In this document: positions 52,506 to 64,000 of the stretch, in pieces | Position numbering within the stretch: position 1 is the first letter of the stretch | How the letters are laid out: each line of letters starts with the position of its first letter | Assembly: GCA_012295275.1 (NCBI GenBank) | Contig: CM022679.1 | Span: forward strand, 18,848,001-18,912,000 | From: Chrysomallon squamiferum | Lineage: Eukaryota > Animalia > Mollusca | Reading direction: 5' to 3' | DNA: 64,000 nt | Notes under the pieces: model-generated | The model's database searches: none | What the model saw: the letters and a program-made list of their open reading frames with translations, nothing else | What the model was told of the DNA's origin: nothing | Made by a program: the position numbers and the translations under genes

Positions 52506-53034
52506 CCGTGTATTTTAAAGAACAATTAATGTGCAAATATTATCCTGATTCATTGATTTATGTAGATAAATATTAAATGCAGCCAAAGAATAAAAAATGT
52601 TGAGACATTACAATTCAGCTGCTGCTTAGGTTTCACTTATATTGCAAGCGTTTCTACTTTCACAGAGATTCTGCCTGCTTTTGATTATCAATGAACTCAT
52701 TTACAAAACGAATATGATTATGTATACATAGTTCACAACCATTCTATTCTCCCTACATGATACTAATAATCATAATAATAATAATATTAATAATTATTAT
52801 ACGTTACGAATGTCGTACAAGTTACAACACTCAACACTACAATGTGAATTTACAAAGGACATTTACTGATTACAGGAACATGATCATCACCATAAAATTT
52901 ACGATTAGTCCTTTCTGTCGATCATAATTGATGTTATCCGTATACTTTTAAATAGTTAACACTTAATTTTTTATGAAAATAGTAACTACAAACACTGTAT
53001 TTTTGCGAATGCAACATAATTTTGCAAAACATAT

Positions 53035-53100
53035 ACTTACTGACTACTTATACAAGTTCAATGATTCAAAATGGCGTCTTTAATTTTTTTAATTTTTTAT
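53035..53100 (-). promoter_or_regulatory. Putative non-coding first exon / TSS region of the hnRNP U-like gene with a YY1-type motif
   Basis: Minus-strand donor CA|GTAAGTAT at 53041/53040; CAAAATGGCG (YY1 consensus) at 53067-53076; matching acceptor ttcag at 50501-50500 upstream of the first coding exon. Confidence 0.5.
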
Positions 53101-55318
53101 TATTAGAGAAAGATATTCAAAGGACGAGAACTCTTCCATAATTTACATTTGTATTAAAACTCGAAGTATAACAAGCATGATCGAACTTATTTATATACCC
53201 AGAAATAAATTCTGTTTTATTTATATATCTTATTATTAATATATATATATATCTGATTTATTATTAATTTGCCTTTATTGGCATTATTTGTTTTTGTAAA
53301 ATCAGCAATATCTTTTGTTGGAGTTATTTCACAAATGTTATCACATTTATTTCTTTTTGTTTTTACACTAAATAAAAATAAATCATGCACAATCTTTTTA
53401 TTACTGAAGAAAAATATGTGAGTGGAAGAAAAGTTTGATTAGCTGTTTTGTTTCCTGTTATATTTACTAGGTCATATGCATAATTATTTATTTTATAGTT
53501 ATCTTGCCACAAAAGATTTACTGGTACTAATTAAAACAAACAAAAAGTTTCACTGAAGACTAAATGACAGAAACACCAAATGCTTGAAATCTAATAAATG
53601 ATGAAAAAATTAATTATTATGTTGACCAATGAGATGCTAAAACAAAATAAAAATAATGACAATAATTTAAAATTGTAACCTTTATTATGCAAAGTATCAT
53701 GAACATTAGAAATTATAAAAAATATATTGTATAAAATATTCCACTCATCGTTTGTGAGTAATCATTTGATTAAGAAAGAAAGAAACAAGAAAATCTCGAT
53801 GTTATCACAAGGTTTTCAGTACTTAAAAATGGAATATTAAAATGGCAGTGTTATTTCAAGTGATCATGGTATAACAATATAACATAATAATAAAAGGCTG
53901 GGTCCCAGAAATGATTAAAAGAATACCATGGAGATACATGTGTATGTGTATATAAAAGAAAGAAAAAAATGTATACTCAGGCTATTAGTTCATGCCAACA
54001 CAAATTAATATATTAAATAATGTTATCAAATTATTTGTACAATAAAACAAGGCAGAATTTAGATTAAAATATTTTTATTAATATATAAATTCACAACATT
54101 AAAAAAAAGGATTTGTATGTTAACATAACAGAGAATTTAAATAATAAACTGTTTCTATTAACTGTCTTAAAGGTATCAAAAAAATCTTTTTATATCTATT
54201 ATGCATTTAAAGAATTCAAATAAAATAACATATTTTATAAAATCAGAAGGAAAAAAGAATATGAATATGTTTTGCAAATGTAGAATCTAAATTACATATA
54301 TCTATATCAAATTATAAAAATTAAATTTTTTTTGAATACAATAATGTATTATGCAAACTACTCAAAATAGTCTTTTTTGTTGTATGATATCACTTTAAAA
54401 TATTAAGAGATTTATTTCATATAAAATAAACTGTAGAAAGTTGATTATGACCGTATTTTACCCTGGATATCTGCAATTAGTAGCACAAATACCCAATAAT
54501 GGAGTTGTTATGATCGTAAAATTATAGATTTGACTGGATCTGTGTGCATCTCTATAAACAAACACAAACACACATACTCAGTCTATGCTGTAAAACAAAA
54601 TGTACTGATTTATTGGTTAGATGCTGAAAGCAGATCTTACCTCTTCATAATCTCTTTGAAGGAAGAAAAAACAAACAAAAAAAAACATTGAAATTTGATT
54701 TTACTTTTTAAACAAAAACATTAATTAAATTCTTTCATCAAATGAAACAACAAAGTCATAAAATAAAATAAACATTTAGTTTCTGCAAAAATCAAAAACC
54801 TAATGCAATTTAAAAAAAATAATATTTTGTTTTTGTTTATACCATAGTTGTATAATAAACATCTGTATAAACAATGTTATATTTAAAAAAATATTTATTT
54901 TTCTACTGGATATAGTTATTACTCAGTGAAATGAAAATTAACAATAGCTTGTTTTATATTATGGTTACAGTAGTAATAAATGATTATTATTATTATTTTT
55001 TTTAACAGAATCAAGATGTCAAATCCACTAGGTTATTTGGAAATGTTGTGATGTACTAATGTATATCTGTATTTTTATATTCTGGCATGTTTTCAAAGAG
55101 CATTTAATTTAAAATGCTTTAAATGTAATATTGTTAACAAATGTCACCATTTGCACAAGAACTGGGAATAATTAACATGGATTGAATGAGATTTCACTTT
55201 TGTTAAGGCTGTTTTATTTTAATATTTTCAAAATCTTTGTTGGTATGAAAACATAATTAAACACAGTTTGTCCTCTTGTCCAACAGCAGATCTTTCTGGA
55301 ATTAATATTGTAATGGGA

Positions 55319-57198
55319 TCAAGTGTAAATTGCAGATTCAATCCACTGAAAATGAAAAAAATAAAAATAAAAATAAAACAATTACAAGTTTAACACATTT
55401 CATGTTAAAAAATAACAACATACATATAATAAAGAAATAAAAGTGTTACAAATTGAAATGTAAAATCGGAATTGTATAACAAATATGAAAAATATACACA
55501 TATTCATACAATCCACACACATATGCATAATTATATTAATTTTATGAACATACATACATAATTATATCACATACATGAAATTTTAAAAACACATAAAATT
55601 ACATACATACACTCAATGTGGGCAAGTGTTGCCTTGGGTTCAGTTAGAAATGACATGGCACCAAGGCAAACATTTCCTTCAAACTGGAAGCACTAAAACA
55701 ACTGAGCTGTTATCAAGTAATCATGGTAGTTACTGAGATTATAGCTCAGTTTATGGCCAATAATTAATCAAAACCGTGTTTATTTGAATCACTCGTACCT
55801 AAAAGAAAACCACTCAGTAACTTTGGATATTTGGCATCTGCCAAGCTAATTTTCTGATCTTTAGCATTTTTTATTTATTTATTTATTTATTTAATTCTGT
55901 CTGCCATGACATTTCTTTTTACAAGTAAAGGCAAGTATGGAGGGCAACCATGGCAGCTGCAGTCAGTATGAAAGTACAATTTAAGACTGCATAGACACAT
56001 AGACACATATAAGAAATAGCCAGCTACCTACATATTGTTTCATGTTTATTCACCAAAATAGTGAAAACATATACTTACAACCGTATATAAAATAAACCAA
56101 ACAGAACACATACAAATATTTTTTTTCTTAGAAAGAAAATAAACCTTGAAATACACACCTTACTGAGGTCCATGGTAATATATCCACCTTTGTTATAATC
56201 TTTAAATTTTTCTGTGAATTAAAATAAAAAAGATGGAAAAAACAACATTTTGGCAGTTTTATTTATATCCTATTATGGAAATTTTCAATTTTACTATTCC
56301 ACTAAATGATCAAATAACAAAGTTAGCATCTTATAACACACACACACACACCTGCATGCACATACGCACTCACACACACACACACACATGCACACATACA
56401 CATATACACATTGATAAAGATATACTTACTATGCAGAGTCAGTACTTTGCACAAACTTTGGATAAAATCCTCCTCTTGAATTTTCCCATCTCGGCCTCCA
56501 TATCTTCTTACTAAAGCTTTCCTGATGTCAACACTCAGTGAAAATCCTAAAGAAATTTTCTAAGTACTTTTAATAAGAAAACTAGAAGTAAACTCAAAAT
56601 TATTATGATTGTATTTTCTATTGGTCTTCACATTTCTATTAAAGACTCCTGTATAAAGATGATTAATGTCAAAAGTAGAAATAAACATAAAAGTTCAAGA
56701 ATTATTTTATTCTGAAGAACATTTTATAATATAACCAACTCCAAACTCACCAGTATTTCAGTTTATTTATGCTAAGAATTGCAGTCTGGAAAAATTATTG
56801 TTATATTCTGATATCTAGTTTGAAGAATTTAAAGGTTAGTCTCTGTCCTGTTCCGTACAAGATGCTGTTTATTGTTTCCTTGGAACTAATTAGTAGGGTT
56901 AATTCAGTGTCATTTGAAAGTACTTTTCAAAAATAGTTATACATATATATATATATAAAAACCCCAGCTACATAACCAGAACTAAAACATCCAGCATGGT
57001 GTTGGTGTATGATGTATCTGACAAAAAATAGCTGGTATATGAATGTTATCAAGCAAGCATTTTTTTAATTACCAAACAAATGTTTATAATTCATTAGAGT
57101 TTACTTACCAACTTTTTTGTAAAGTTCTCCAAGTTCGTATACATCCATGGAGTTTGTTTCATCAGTGTCAAATGAGGCAAATGCTTTCTTTAACAAGA

Positions 57199-57249
<51 letters not shown>

Positions 57250-60200
57250 CATAATATCTTTTTCTTTCTATGTATTATACATTTTTCAGTATTATTTACT
57301 GATAATATTTCAAATACTTGATCACTGCAAATTCAACTGAATAATTGTACAAAAAAAATAAATAAATATATATTGATATACATTTTCTTTTCGTCTTTTG
57401 TTTTTATCTTAAAACTATTAGTAGTTTTTGTGAAGTTTTTGCTTATTCTTTCAAGATTACTATTAATGTGAACATAAAGAATAATAAAGCTCTGGAAATG
57501 AAATGTTGTCTAATATGCACTCAGTTAATTACAAACAACCACCCTACAGTGTTTTTTTTAATAATTATACATTCATAAATGTCTGGTGTAAAACAACACC
57601 TCATAGTTAGAATTAACAAAACATTGTGTTTACTGTAGAACAACAACAACATATAATTTATATTAACAAAAGAAAGAAATGAATTAATATGAAGACCAAA
57701 GACTGACTACAGTTTATAAATCTGACATTTTAGTGATAAGAAAAACACACTATATCAAATAAAAATCAAGTAAAAGACATAAATGGTTAAGAAAAACTTT
57801 AGATATATATGTACGAGTCATGTCAGATATATACTGAAGGTATGTACTAACTTCATGGCATGATTTATTTTTAATAATACTAACTGAGACTGATATGTAG
57901 TAATTAGTTAGGTTATACAGATTAATTAGATTATATTGATTAGTTACGTTATATAGATACAAACACTTGCATTGCAGGTGTAAATTTTGCAACTTGGTAG
58001 AAAACATTTGTTTTTTTAATTGCCAATTGTTCTGTTTATAAAAGGTAACCATTCTGAATTTTGAATGTAACTATATCAGTAACCATTCATTTAAGTAACC
58101 AAATAAGTATTTGAATTATTATTTTTTTAAAGCCATATTGTTAATGCTTAACCTGTTTTTCATGCTATGTAAATGGAAATCACCAAATAATTAAAAAATT
58201 AATAAATTGAGAAGATTTTATTATTTATATACTTATATTTTGATTATGAACTCATATTTTACCGTGCCTGTTTAACTTACAGCACAAATGTTGATGAGCT
58301 CCCAACACTGTTGCACTTTTGGGAAGTCCAAAGTTCCTTCCATTTTAAACTAATTATGTTAAGGATTGCATTATAGAAAGTAGTATTATATTTTGACATC
58401 CAGTCTGGAGTTATTCATTTCACATGGTTGTTTCTTTGCAAGTTTATTATGTTTTAGCTAAGCAAAATTAACACCCTTAATAATATTTTAATTCATGGTA
58501 TTGTCAAATTGGTTAAGATGTTATTTGTGGAACTTCTAAACTTAAAATGCTTTATTTTCTATATAAACAGAAAATTTACAGAAAATGTAATTAAATTTTA
58601 ATACATTAACGATATTTTATAATGATATTTTAATTATAATTTTTCTGATTATTTAGTGTTTTTTGTTCAAAGATAAATGAAGAAAATAATAACTAGATAA
58701 ATAATAATAAAAAATATTAAAAATTTTCTTGTTTGTACTGACTGATATACTCTGTCTTCACTTTAGTTTTCACACATGACCCTCTTTTTTTTTTAATAAA
58801 AAGTGGATAGGCAAAAATTTTAAATTGATTTTAAATACACTATATTTTCTGACTGAATTTCATTTAAAATATTCTGTCACTAAACACTATATTGTATGTA
58901 TTTCAGAGAATAATTTATTAATTTAACAGGACAAATCATTTACATATTTTATTAATAAAAATACAATTGAGTTATTTTAATATGTAATTCTAAACATAAA
59001 ACACATGAAAAATACCAAATCAAACCAAACAAAAAAGCAATCAAAGACAAACAAAAAAGTAAAAAACAAAACAACAACAAATCATGCTAAATACTGAAAC
59101 TAAAGTATTTAGCAAATCAAACCAAACTGAGAAAAACAAACAAAATGCAAATGAAGAAAGCAAAAAAAAAGGATAATAAAAGAAAAAAAAGGAAAAAATA
59201 ATAATAATAAAATAATGATAATAATAAAAAAAAAAAAAAAAAAATAAATAAATAAAAAATAAATAAAAATTAATAAAAAAAATAAGAAAAGAAAAAAAAG
59301 GAATATCCATTTAATTTTATTATTATTATTTTTTTAAAAAACATTCACTTGACTGGAAACTCACTCTAAACAATGAAATATCATCCAACACTTGTTTCAC
59401 CCTCATAAAATCTAACAAACCTGTCACAGAACGCCACTCTTAGTTAAGGTAATAAACAACTGACAAGTATAAACACACTCAGTATGTCTTAAAAAGTCTT
59501 CATATTAGCATGCTACTGTTATTACACATATTTTAAAACAATCAGATGCTAACACAACATAACATAAATATCAGCACCTGTTATCTGATAATGATAATTT
59601 TTATATTACAAAAGTAAACAGCTATTATAATAAATAAAACAAAGCTGAACAAGGATTCCAGAGACATTTATGCTGGATATAACTTACAAGATAAGAACAC
59701 TTTTAGGAAAAAAAAAAAAATCACAACTCTTCTTAATATATCCCTTGGATTTATTACAAGTTTCAAATCTAAGTTTAATTTTAATATTTAAATTGGAGAT
59801 TTTAAATAAGATATCAGTCACAAACCAAAAGGATACATCTCTGAGTGCAACAAGACATCTGCACGTTTCCAGTGTGAAGCCTTCATTTGATCCACTTTCT
59901 GCAAATTTCAAAACAAATTTCTTAAAGATTGTTCACACATCAGAGAATATTTGTTTCCCCTGAATATTTGTTCCTCCCACTCTGATATTATTTTCAGGTT
60001 GTAGTTCTGTATTGTATTTGTGATAACTACTAGATACAGTGTGTGTCTATTGAAACTGACTAAATACCATTGCAAATAGAGATTCACAAAAGCAAATTTA
60101 TAATTATAGAGAAATATCTGGGGTATATACTTTCTGGGAACTTGATCAATATTCCTATCTTGAAAATAGGGATATTCATTTTTTTTTTCTTTTGTTGAAA

Positions 60201-62018
60201 TGAAAGTGAAAACATTCATCACTAAATTCACTGATAATTGTTTTCAAAGATTTTGCATTATGTCCCATTTTTGTAAATAAAGTGCTACAATAACACAGCT
60301 TCTGATATTTTTCGTCAAAATGTCAGGACCAAAATGTTAGAATATGAAGTGTCAAAATAAGTCCACTGATAAGACCCTTCAATTTGCTATACACCAATGA
60401 TGATGATTAGGATTAATAAGAATCTGGTCTATGTGACTGAAGGAAAATACCCTAAGGATTACTAAAAAATGCTGGAAAAGAATACTTTGCAAGGCAGCAA
60501 ATATGATTTTTTTTTTAACTATTTGAAATGTATAAAATAATGTATTGCAAGAGTGACATTTTTACTATTATTTTTTTGCAGTCATCTCAAAATGTGCATA
60601 TAAAGCATCAGTAAAATTAATCTATCCAGTTGATCTTTGCATGTTTCTTTTCATCATTAACCACTGGTGACATCTAATAAACATTCTTTTTCATTCATGA
60701 TATTTATTTCTAATGTCTAGTTATTTGTAAGTTATTGTATACCTTCATGTTTTAATTCACTGAGTATATGTCTCAGCCCCACAGCATCGACTCTTCCATC
60801 TGATCCACAATATTTTCCATACAATAATTCCAAACTGCTTTTAGTGAAGTCTGTATCTTCCTAAAAATATTGTATTCAGTTACTATCTCCTGAGGTAATT
60901 ATTTGCTTACTAGGGAAAATATTTTGAGTTATAACAGCATGTCTTCTCTATAACATATGCTTTCATTAGTTCAGCATGATAATATTAGTCAAATCACATT
61001 AATATTTTTGCTATTGTCTGTAAAGAGAACAAATATAAAAGAAGAAAACAACTTAAAATACGTACATGAATAGGTCCTGTAGGAGTTTCCACTGGCCTGG
61101 ATTATAAAAGAAAAACTATAATTAGATAGTTAATATAATTCTTGTCCAAATGACATGAGTGTTATTCAAATTATGTTACAGAATTAATACATGAATTACT
61201 GTAATCATTATAATCAGTGTTAAACAGATAATATAGGAATTAACAGAGCTGTTTTCTAAATGCCACTTATATTATTATGACTTTTATACTACATTCATTT
61301 GTTCAAAAACCCAAAACATCCTGGAATTAATCACTAAATTATAACATTAATAATAAGGATAACTATTTATATCATGATATATATATATTTTAATTTCATT
61401 TTATTTTTCAGACTAAACAAAGCCTTAAATGCTATTACGTGATTTTTGATGGTTCTTCTGACATAACTCGAAGATAAAACTCAGCTTCCATGGATGGTTT
61501 TAAAGTGCAGGGTACAACAATGTATATACCAGGATTCAATTCAAAATGCATTGTTCTCTCTCTGTACGGCCAGAAGATTCCTGATGTTTTCTCCAGGCGT
61601 GGCATAAAATCATAGAAATTATCACCAGATAAACGCTCAACATCCCTGCCTTCCTGTAGCTAGAAGATAAACAAATAAAACATTTTAGTTAGTGAGTCAC
61701 AAATAATTATGATAATACTTGATAATGATATTGGAATTAAAAAAAAACAAAACCATTAAAAAAAAATAAAAGAAAAGAAGTCTATCCAAAAAATCACCCA
61801 AACAACATGGGTAAGTAATTATCAATTTATAAATTTATAAATAAATGACACTTTAAACTTTAAGTATGAAAATATTGTTGTGGGCTCTCTTATACAAAAG
61901 TATTGTTTATCAGATACTCTTAAATACATTTTTGACAAATTTAATGAAATGAAGACACTGAAAAAATTAAGAGAAAACAACTATAAATAACTATATTTAT
62001 TGTCTATATTATTGCACT

Positions 62019-62074
<56 letters not shown>

Positions 62075-62523
62075 TTGTTGATGATGTTGTATTTGTTGTC
62101 CAGAAAATTATAGTTTTTAAAAATAAATAAGGTTTTTGCATAATAAAACATCTAATGTAAAAGATATAAAAATTACCCTGAACATGACAAATCCAATGAC
62201 AACATCTGATTCATCTCTCACTCGTCTGTCTGAAACCTCCATCAGAGAGACAATCACGCTGATTGGCTTCTCAGATTTGTCTAGATGTACTTTATACTGA
62301 GGGTTTTTCCAGAACAGTTCTGGTCATAAGAAGATAAATAAATTCATTTAAATTTACCAAAATACAAACAAAGAAATTAGTAAAAAAATTAGTATAAAAT
62401 TAGTATTATGTTATCAGAAATGTTGCTGTACATATACAGTAAAAATTAAACTTTATTTATGGCTCGTCTGAAGTGTGCTTTACATTTTAATTCTTTTCAA
62501 CATTTTATTGTTTCTTTCCGTGA

Positions 62524-62564
<41 letters not shown>

Positions 62565-63726
62565 CACCTTTTACATCTTTTGTTTGAATGCAGGTTATAC
62601 AAGTAACTTGAGTGTAAATACTCTTACAGTCATATCACTCTCAACAATAAAATAAGTTTTAAAAATTTTAATTTTCTTATTGTCAAATAAAGATACTGAA
62701 TTATGTACTGAGAAATAATAACAATTAACAAAAATAAATTAAATGAAAAGAAACTTACTTGAAGTAAAACTCTTTAGAGGACCACCAGACGTTACCCCTC
62801 TTATCCATGAACCATGAAATTCCTGTATTAACCACTGTTTCTTTTTCTACATTTAAATATAATTTTAAAAAAGAAAAAAGTTACAGTTTATTTGCAGACC
62901 TGAAATCTTAAACATTTTCAACAAGTCAAGTGTTTAAATGGAATATTATTCAGGGGGTGGGAAGAGATTAAATATCTATTTATTTATTATCACAAAATAT
63001 TTCTGTCCCTAATGGAATCTACCACAGTTTGAACTATGGATGTATTGTTATGAACAAAAATTAATGAATATCACGTTTAAGTAATTGTTTTGACTGTTAT
63101 AAAGACAGTAAATGCTAGAACTGAATAAAAACAGAAATAAAAAAGTAATAAACCTGTTCACTAGCAATTTCAGAAGAAAGAGCATCAGGGCATAAATGAC
63201 ACATCTCAACCTGGTCAAAGTTTTCCTGAAAATCTTCCAGTTCCATCCTAAAATAACAAGAATAATAGTTTAATAAATTCGTTCAAGAAAAAAAATAAAG
63301 AAAAGTATCAAAGAAGAAGAAAAGAAAAAAGAAATCATATCAAAACAATATTGACTAGTTGGTAAATATATGACAGAGTTCAGTATTTGTTTAAAATGTA
63401 AACTGATATTACAACACTGTGTAAAAGGTGTCCAAACATTTTAATATTATGCATAAATTGCAAAATTAAAAGAAATTTTGAAAAATAAATTATAATGATG
63501 CAAGATTAAACTATTGCTTAAAGGGATTAATTCTAATATGTTTGACTCGTAATAACTATCTAAAACCAAAAAATCAAATAAAAATAATAATAATAATAAT
63601 AAAAAAATAAATAAATAAATAAATAAAATCTCATTTAACATTTCTTACCAAAATTCTCCATTAGGAATGTTTGAATGATCTACTGCTACGCTGTCAGAAT
63701 GACGAAGATGGCGCCATTCAGGAGAT
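55319..63726 (-). CDS. Classical calpain, 3' part (end of CysPc, C2-like domain, penta-EF-hand); 5' exons lie beyond the window
   Basis: Exons 63726-63649, 63247-63154, 62846-62759, 62319-62177, 61659-61439, 61096-61066, 60860-60743, 59898-59837, 59433-59365, 57187-57109, 56546-56430, 56211-56159, 55345-55319. Motifs SPEW, GEFWM, FHGSWIRGVTSGG, FWKNPQY, IGF, LNPGIYIVVPCT, EAEFYLRV, GFTLETCR, FDTDETNSMDVYEL, LVRRYG, EDFI, terminal WIESAIYT*. PEF exon sizes 69/79/117 match classical calpain genes. Confidence 0.92.
59434..59836 (-). other. U12-type (minor spliceosome) intron in calpain
   Basis: Donor GTATCCTTTT (59836-59827) and branch site ACCTTAAC (59450-59443) match U12 consensus. The position, at the start of EF-hand 2, is where classical calpains carry a U12 intron. 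Confidence 0.88.
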
Positions 63727-63921
63727 CTGGAATAATAATAATAATGATGACGATGACAACAATAACAACAAAGCATCATAAACAACAAAAGTAAAACAAA
63801 TAGTAAAAATAATTTGTCAGCTCCATACACCTTTTTATTAACCAGCTTGAAGTAAAATAAACAAACATACAAACAAACAAACAAATAAACAAATAAATAA
63901 TAAAAATAATAATAATAATAA

Positions 63922-63923
<2 letters not shown>

Positions 63924-63980
<57 letters not shown>
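63924..63980. repeat. (AAT)n microsatellite; similar tracts at about 29418-29464, 30051-30094, 38893-38941, 57200-57248 and 62020-62074
   Basis: Directly visible. Confidence 0.95.
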
Positions 63981-63981
<1 letters not shown>

Positions 63982-64000
63982 TTGGTTATGATGACCATGA

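Noticed and set aside
54635-54660. Possible micro-exon ending GAAGAG|GTAAGA on the minus strand between calpain and the hnRNP U-like gene
   Set aside because: Only a donor-like motif; no coding or other support.
1-64000. Prokaryote-type systems (CRISPR arrays, defence operons), tRNA and rRNA genes
   Set aside because: The sequence is spliceosomal-intron eukaryotic DNA; no regularly spaced repeat-spacer array or recognisable tRNA/rRNA structure was seen.

Overview
AT-rich, microsatellite-rich, intron-containing animal genomic DNA; the style suggests a mollusc, possibly a cephalopod, but that is inference only. Seven protein-coding genes were reconstructed by hand with phase-consistent introns: ERI2-like DEDDh exonuclease (+, 4823-10217), a secreted trypsin-type S1 protease (-, 11257-18782), DPH7 (-, 20191-24690), CDK2AP1/2 (-, 25524-25844), CNPY3/4 (+, 29663-32033), an hnRNP U-like SPRY/P-loop protein with a ~920-aa low-complexity last exon (-, 33966-50447), and the 3' part of a classical calpain (-, 55319 to beyond 63726). 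Introns hold several DNA-transposon remnants and foldbacks. Most notable: (1) a calpain minor-spliceosome (U12) intron that appears to end in non-canonical GG; (2) CDK2AP1 and DPH7 in very tight tandem, with a splice acceptor just before the DPH7 ATG, suggesting a shared first exon or bicistronic unit, plus stacked uATGs; (3) a decayed GRF zinc finger behind an intact ERI2 nuclease; (4) a SAP-less hnRNP U paralogue with a ULM-like motif, Trp-periodic Q/N repeats and an apparent frameshift in its first coding exon; (5) multiple lost Ca2+ ligands in the calpain. No tRNA, rRNA or CRISPR features were seen. Coordinates were counted manually and homologue comparisons are from memory, not from searches.
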